From Obrimoposthia wandeli (lineage: Eukaryota), in the NCBI GenBank assembly GCA_977020255.1, contig CDROCS010001101.1:1-64000 (forward strand): a DNA stretch of 64,000 bases. The letters are read 5' to 3'. Position numbers and translations under genes: made by a program. How positions within the stretch are numbered: the stretch's first letter is position 1; every line of letters starts with the position of its first letter. The notes below the pieces were generated by a model. That model did no database searches, was not told the DNA's origin, and worked only from the letters and a program-made list of their open reading frames with translations. Below are positions 59,701-64,000 of the stretch, piece after piece.

Positions 59701-60628
59701 TAATTTTGAGTTTGATGACAATAAAGGGGTTAAATTAAACTTCAGTCCAAAAATTAAAATTGCAGGAAACGACGCCGGTGCAAAAATTACGGGTGATATC
59801 GTCATACCGTCTGCGTTAATCAAAGTTGAGCAATTACCACAGAGTGCTATCCAAGTGTCTAATGATGTGATTATTATTGATGCTGATAACGTGACTAATT
59901 ATCAATCTTATCCACTTGATGTTGAAGTTAATATTAAGCTGCTTGATGATGTTAAAATTAATTCTTTTGGTCTCAAATCTAATATTACGGGCGCGGTAAC
60001 TATCGTATTAGATAAAGACGGTAATTTGTTCTCTGACGGGATGTTGGAATTTGAAAATGGCCGTTATCGTTCATTTGGACAAGATCTGTATATTCGTCTG
60101 GGCCAAGTGGTGTTCTCTGGCCCGATAGATAACCCGCTCATTAACGTTGAAGCGATTCGGAATACCGAGCTGACGGAAGATAATGTTATTGTCGGTGTGC
60201 GCCTTATGGGCCCAGCTAAGAAACCGGTATTTACTATATTTTCAGAGCCAGACATGGAACAGACACGGATGATTTCATATTTATTACGTGGTCGTGATGT
60301 CGGTTCTGATGATGAGACCAGCCAAGATGACGTTATCAAGACATTGCTTATTAGTTCGAGTCTTGGTCAAGGTGAGGGGGTTGTTGGATTTGTCGGTGAG
60401 ACATTAGGCGTTAAAGATTTTGCTATTGATACTCAAGGACAAGGTAGTGATACGCGCGTTGAGATGAGTGGTTATATATTACCTGGCGTTCAGATCCGTT
60501 ATGGAATTGGCATATTTTCTGCGCTGAGTGAAGTCATTGTACGGTACGAGATCATACCAAAACTTTATATCGAGTTAGTCAGTGGTGTCGATAGTGCAGT
60601 GGATGTGTATTATAAATTTAGTCGTTAG
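56789..60628 (+). CDS. tamB: Translocation and assembly module inner-membrane subunit
   Basis: 1279 aa; N-terminal anchor; C-terminal DUF490-type region (G.YRSFGQDL). Confidence 0.92.
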   Translation: MRLFALFLTLLALFFGAIAGLLGSHAGNQYIINKLNKSDLPLHLVLEQGTVLSHASWKEIDWQGDLLQLSITDLDYEIDLSCLLSAEVCVNSISAAAVSYSMALEKEPQVLLGIDLGDALTRIAALDDQISNNDWQLNIPLLIRAKHIDINNINVEVANTHITADRLEGAVNLSGRDITVTSLKTTNVFVQVMTEIAKNGATDTKQAQTMVENTKQLDAVSKLLNEFSLYQVSIPLRVDVLDAQLLQSKLQVNDLFLDFNAIDLIGFIDAGEVGIEKLNMAMPQADTRLTGEILLQQGYPLFVKVKTTLKQPELLNQVVVDVKAAGSLDNINLSINTSAPVQEKNKKKGQRQGQEQKNTKINIKASLSPLKSGLPFSIDANWQELGWPLFSPAVIETTAGSLSLQGDLDDYEIAISGLVDIDNAPSLDLDAKGRGNLNGLSLSTINAETLGGIVTASAKVDWVDEITVSSKIATSGVHLDKYWPDVKLQPRGDARVDFKLKPQSNNDWLVDVHDINLAADVEGYPLTLQGQLTLNQDLYWRLNNFSLFRGEDSIQLDGIINEQFKLGGEIDVKTFAPYLAGSSGSTFGYFTVIGEKSKPWLNFDLFTDNVTLQDNSLKGADLNGRISLTERPEGVLSLSGEELRMGDQVINKVDVEYKADSARNSLSLNVENDKNNAQLKIVGTWLGDTWQGKVTKGRVNSEYGNWIIDPNVQFSYAGKDNYLSVEQHCWNEKQARLCLGFDGKLDQADKFEFQLHDYDINKLELETASNLEIEGLLNITSQVSWGKKLPLQLNSELSIVNGSMLIYNEEESNAANFETLTMKVGLNESSLSVKANVKSAELGAVTADIRIDDVFTTRELSGDINIMDIDLSFMEPLVYQVDVLNGVVSGAGIIDGTLNKPEVIGQFNVNNGYLAGDELPITLESFQFDIQVSGQNAVITGTANSGKGIAKAVGNLAWGDSFNYELLLHGDNFEFDDNKGVKLNFSPKIKIAGNDAGAKITGDIVIPSALIKVEQLPQSAIQVSNDVIIIDADNVTNYQSYPLDVEVNIKLLDDVKINSFGLKSNITGAVTIVLDKDGNLFSDGMLEFENGRYRSFGQDLYIRLGQVVFSGPIDNPLINVEAIRNTELTEDNVIVGVRLMGPAKKPVFTIFSEPDMEQTRMISYLLRGRDVGSDDETSQDDVIKTLLISSSLGQGEGVVGFVGETLGVKDFAIDTQGQGSDTRVEMSGYILPGVQIRYGIGIFSALSEVIVRYEIIPKLYIELVSGVDSAVDVYYKFSR

Positions 60629-60662
60629 TCGCTAAACAATTAAATGCGTAACGTTCAAAAAT

Positions 60663-60684
60663 AAAAGCAGCTAAGCTGCTTTTT
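60663..60684. terminator. Bidirectional terminator between tamB and cspD
   Basis: AAAAGCAGC-TAA-GCTGCTTTT. Confidence 0.8.
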
Positions 60685-60702
60685 ATCACGATAGAAGGCA
60701 CG

Positions 60703-60933
60703 TTATTTTATTTCGCTTGCCTCAGAGATCTCATGTGCCGAAATAGAAATAGCATGTGAGCCTTTTGGCCCTTCATCAATTTCATAATCTACCTGCTGTC
60801 CTGCTTTTAATGTGCGGTATCCGTCCATTTGTATAATTGAAAAATGTGCGAACACATCATCACCACCAGACTCAGGGCAAATGAAGCCGAATCCCTTAGC
60901 ATTATTGAACCATTTAACCGTACCGGTTGCCAT
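60703..60933 (-). CDS. cspD: Cold-shock-domain protein CspD
   Basis: [18 protein letters not shown]; divergent from clpS. Confidence 0.92.
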   Translation of the reverse strand: MATGTVKWFNNAKGFGFICPESGGDDVFAHFSIIQMDGYRTLKAGQQVDYEIDEGPKGSHAISISAHEISEASEIK

Positions 60934-61196
60934 ACTCCTGCATCCTTTCTGTAATTGCAAATTGTGTGATTACTGAACTGTCGTGGCCCCTATTAATTTC
61001 AGGGGTAACAGATGTATATAATTATCGCTTAAAAAGTTAATTTAATGATAATAAATAAATGCATCTTGTTAATAAATTTAGTTTATTCGCCACTATAGTC
61101 AAGTTAATATTCCTAAAAATGGTTAAAATGGGGTAAACTTAGACGAAAGGTTGAAAGTTATTAGCCCAAATCTGTGATAGGTACTAAGATATAATT

Positions 61197-61511
61197 ATGA
61201 GTAAGTTAGATGAACTGATTGATTTCAAAACAAGTATAGAAAGTGAACTAGAGCTTAAACCACCTTCATTTTACAAAGTGTTTTTGAATAATGATGACTA
61301 TACTCCAATGGATTTCGTTGTAGATGTACTGCAAAAGTTTTTCTCCATGGATATAGATAAGGCTAACCAGATCATGTTAACTATTCATTATCGGGGCAGG
61401 GGTGTTTGTGGTGTATTTACGGCTGATATAGCTGAAACAAAAGTATCACAGGTAATGCAATATGCAAAAGACAACGAACAGTCCTTATTATGTACCATGG
61501 AACAAGCATAA
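61197..61511 (+). CDS. clpS: ClpA adaptor protein
   Basis: [17 protein letters not shown]. Confidence 0.95.
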   Translation: MSKLDELIDFKTSIESELELKPPSFYKVFLNNDDYTPMDFVVDVLQKFFSMDIDKANQIMLTIHYRGRGVCGVFTADIAETKVSQVMQYAKDNEQSLLCTMEQA

Positions 61512-61559
61512 ACGTAGTATGACTAATATTACGTTACACGTAGTTATAGGGAGATGCCT

Positions 61560-63833
61560 ATGTTAAGTAAAGACCTTGAAGTTACGCTGAATGAAGCGTT
61601 TAAAACTGCACGTGAAAATCGTCATGAGTTCATGACGGTAGAACATCTACTGGTTTCACTATTAAGTAACAAGTCTGCCTACGAAGCAATTAAAGGCTGT
61701 TCTGGTGATATCGATGCTATTCGTGATGAACTACTTCTCTTTTTAGAACAAACGACACCTATTTTACCTGAATCTGATGATGACCGAGAAACACAACCAA
61801 CGCTTGGATTCCAACGTGTGTTACAACGCGCTGTTTTTCATGTGCAATCGTCAGGAAACAATGAAGTAACAGGCGCTAATGTACTTGTGGCTATCTTTAG
61901 TGAGCAAGAATCACAAGCCGCTTATATATTGAAAAAATCAGGCATGAGCCGTCTCGATGTGATTAACTTTATTTCACATGGAATTCGTAAAAATGATGAA
62001 GAACCGCATGTAGAAGATAATAACGATGCTTCAGAACAAGCGATTAATGACGGTGAAGATCAATCAACAAAACTGGAAAACTTCTCAACTAATCTGAATA
62101 AATCAGTTGTTGAAGGCCGTATCGATCCGTTAATTGGTCGTGATGAAGAGCTTAACCGTACGATTCAAATTTTGTGTCGTCGACGCAAAAACAATCCATT
62201 ATTGGTGGGTGAAGCCGGTGTTGGTAAAACTGCGATAGCGGAAGGTCTTGCCTACAGAATTGTGCATGAAGAAGTGCCTGATGTAATGAAAAATACCCAA
62301 GTATTCTCCCTTGATCTTGGTGCATTACTTGCTGGTACTAAATACCGTGGCGATTTCGAAAAACGCTTTAAATCGTTATTGAAACAGCTACAAAAACATG
62401 ATGATGCGATTCTATTTATTGATGAAATTCATACCATCATCGGTGCTGGTGCTGCTTCTGGTGGACAGCTTGATGCTGCGAACTTAATTAAGCCACTACT
62501 GAGTAATGGTACGTTACGTTGTATCGGTTCAACGACATACTCTGAATACAGCCAAATCTTTGAGAAAGACAGTGCGCTTGCACGACGTTTCCAAAAAGTA
62601 GATGTTGTAGAGCCTTCTATTGACGATACAGTTAAGATCCTGCAAGGGCTTAAGTCTCGTTACGAAGAACATCATGATGTACGTTACACTGCGAAAGCGC
62701 TTCGTGCTGCAACTGAATTATCTGCAAAATACATTAATGAACGTCAGTTACCTGACAAAGCCATTGATGTGATGGATGAAGCGGGTGCTAAACAGCGTTT
62801 ACTACCAGTAAACAAACGTAAGAAAACAATTGGTATCAGTGAAATCGAGTCTATTGTGGCGAAGATGGCGCGTATACCAGAAAAATCAGTATCTTCAAAT
62901 GATCGCGATGTGCTTAAGAACTTAGAGCGTAATCTGAAGATGGTTGTATTTGGTCAAGACCCTGCTATTGAGGTGCTAACTGATGCAATCCGTTTATCTC
63001 GCTCTGGTCTGGGTGCTGAAAGAAAACCAATCGGTTCATTCTTATTTGCAGGTCCCACTGGTGTCGGTAAAACAGAGGTCACTCAACGTTTAGCTAAAAT
63101 CATGGGTGTTGAACTGATCCGTTTTGATATGTCTGAATATATGGAACGCCATACGGTGTCTCGTTTAATCGGCGCACCTCCTGGTTATGTTGGTTATGAT
63201 CAAGGTGGTTTATTAACTGACGCAGTCATTAAGCAACCACATGCTGTAGTGCTGCTAGATGAGATTGAAAAAGCTCACCCTGATGTGTTTAACCTACTGT
63301 TGCAAGTGATGGATAACGGTACATTAACTGATAATAACGGCCGTAAAGCTGACTTCCGTAATATTATCCTTGTGATGACGACAAATGCCGGCGCAACAGA
63401 AACAGTGCGTCAGTCAATTGGCTTTAAAGAGCAAGACAACAATAGTGATGCGCTTGGCGAAGTGAATAAATTGTTCGCCCCTGAATTCCGTAACCGCTTA
63501 GATAATATCATTTGGTTTAATCATTTAGATATGGATGTGATCCATATGGTGGTTGATAAATTCTTAGTTGAATTAGAAGCCCAGTTAGATGATAAACAAG
63601 TGGCATTGAATGTATCAAATGATGCACGAAAATGGCTGGCGAATAAAGGTTATGATAAAACGATGGGCGCAAGACCAATGGCACGTGTTATTCAAGATAA
63701 AATTAAGCGTAATCTTGCTAATGAAATCTTGTTTGGCAAATTGTCTAATGGTGGTGCGGTTGACATTCAGTTGAAAGATGATGAGTTAGCTTTTACCTTT
63801 ACTGATGTTAAGGTAACTGCAACAGAAACATAA
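61560..63833 (+). CDS. clpA: ATP-dependent Clp protease ATP-binding subunit
   Basis: Two AAA+ modules (GEAGVGKT, GPTGVGKT); after clpS. Confidence 0.97.
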   Translation: MLSKDLEVTLNEAFKTARENRHEFMTVEHLLVSLLSNKSAYEAIKGCSGDIDAIRDELLLFLEQTTPILPESDDDRETQPTLGFQRVLQRAVFHVQSSGNNEVTGANVLVAIFSEQESQAAYILKKSGMSRLDVINFISHGIRKNDEEPHVEDNNDASEQAINDGEDQSTKLENFSTNLNKSVVEGRIDPLIGRDEELNRTIQILCRRRKNNPLLVGEAGVGKTAIAEGLAYRIVHEEVPDVMKNTQVFSLDLGALLAGTKYRGDFEKRFKSLLKQLQKHDDAILFIDEIHTIIGAGAASGGQLDAANLIKPLLSNGTLRCIGSTTYSEYSQIFEKDSALARRFQKVDVVEPSIDDTVKILQGLKSRYEEHHDVRYTAKALRAATELSAKYINERQLPDKAIDVMDEAGAKQRLLPVNKRKKTIGISEIESIVAKMARIPEKSVSSNDRDVLKNLERNLKMVVFGQDPAIEVLTDAIRLSRSGLGAERKPIGSFLFAGPTGVGKTEVTQRLAKIMGVELIRFDMSEYMERHTVSRLIGAPPGYVGYDQGGLLTDAVIKQPHAVVLLDEIEKAHPDVFNLLLQVMDNGTLTDNNGRKADFRNIILVMTTNAGATETVRQSIGFKEQDNNSDALGEVNKLFAPEFRNRLDNIIWFNHLDMDVIHMVVDKFLVELEAQLDDKQVALNVSNDARKWLANKGYDKTMGARPMARVIQDKIKRNLANEILFGKLSNGGAVDIQLKDDELAFTFTDVKVTATET

Positions 63834-63915
63834 TTTGTTGAATGTTGTATAAGCTTGTTTTTTTTCGAATTAGTGTTACTTTGTATCTAAGCTTGATTTA
63901 AAGAGGGAATGCAAT

Positions 63916-64000
63916 ATGGATATTTCCGCATTAACTAGGGTCGAAGTTAGTATCCCAGATGGGATTAATTTTGATTCATTAGGACTAGAACTTGATGATG
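63916..64000 (+). CDS. Partial ORF of unknown function running off the window
   Basis: AGAGGG RBS-like sequence then ATG; open to the window end. Confidence 0.4.
   Translation, partial: MDISALTRVEVSIPDGINFDSLGLELDD

Noticed and set aside
1268-60339. Many 60-120-aa antisense/overlapping ORFs in the ORF track (e.g. 8434-8709, 13139-13456, 20141-20440, 32502-32750, 39782-40090)
   Set aside because: They lie opposite or inside well-supported genes and have no recognisable motifs or RBS.

Overview
AT-rich marine gammaproteobacterial chromosome segment. Gene content suggests a Moritella/Psychromonas/Vibrionales-like host, which is inference only. (1) Positions 1 to ~22.2 kb are the late half of a prophage with a P2-like head (portal, terminase, gpO/N/L/M, Ogr) and a Mu-like contractile tail. 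Its gene order is permuted: baseplate, fibre and lysis genes lie before the head genes, and the small terminase gene lies inside the tail operon. Two accessory genes precede ogr, one of them a catalytically dead copy of the phage's own terminase ATPase domain. (2) ~22.2-25.1 kb is a gene-poor cargo region with two tandem units, each [~270-bp conserved leader ending in an attI-like TACAAAT-(G/C)TT] + [integron-type cassette with attC] + [conserved 38-bp tail element]. No integron integrase is present in the window. This is the most unusual structure found. (3) 25.2-31.5 kb is a truncated syp-like (sypA-E + Hpt) polysaccharide export/partner-switching locus whose export gene is split by a ~263-bp insertion. 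(4) 31.4-48.4 kb holds yvcK-like and Lon-N genes, narP-narQ, a Moco riboswitch with moaA, napFDABC plus a second diverged napABC, a trmH-like gene and moaBCDE. (5) 48.5-64 kb holds an ATP-grasp ligase + FGase/QEGLA peptidase pair, an HdfR-like LysR, a DEAD-box helicase, a deoxynucleoside kinase, tamAB, cspD, clpS and clpA. No tRNA, rRNA, CRISPR array or IS transposase was recognised. All family assignments are by eye from motifs and synteny; no database searches were run.
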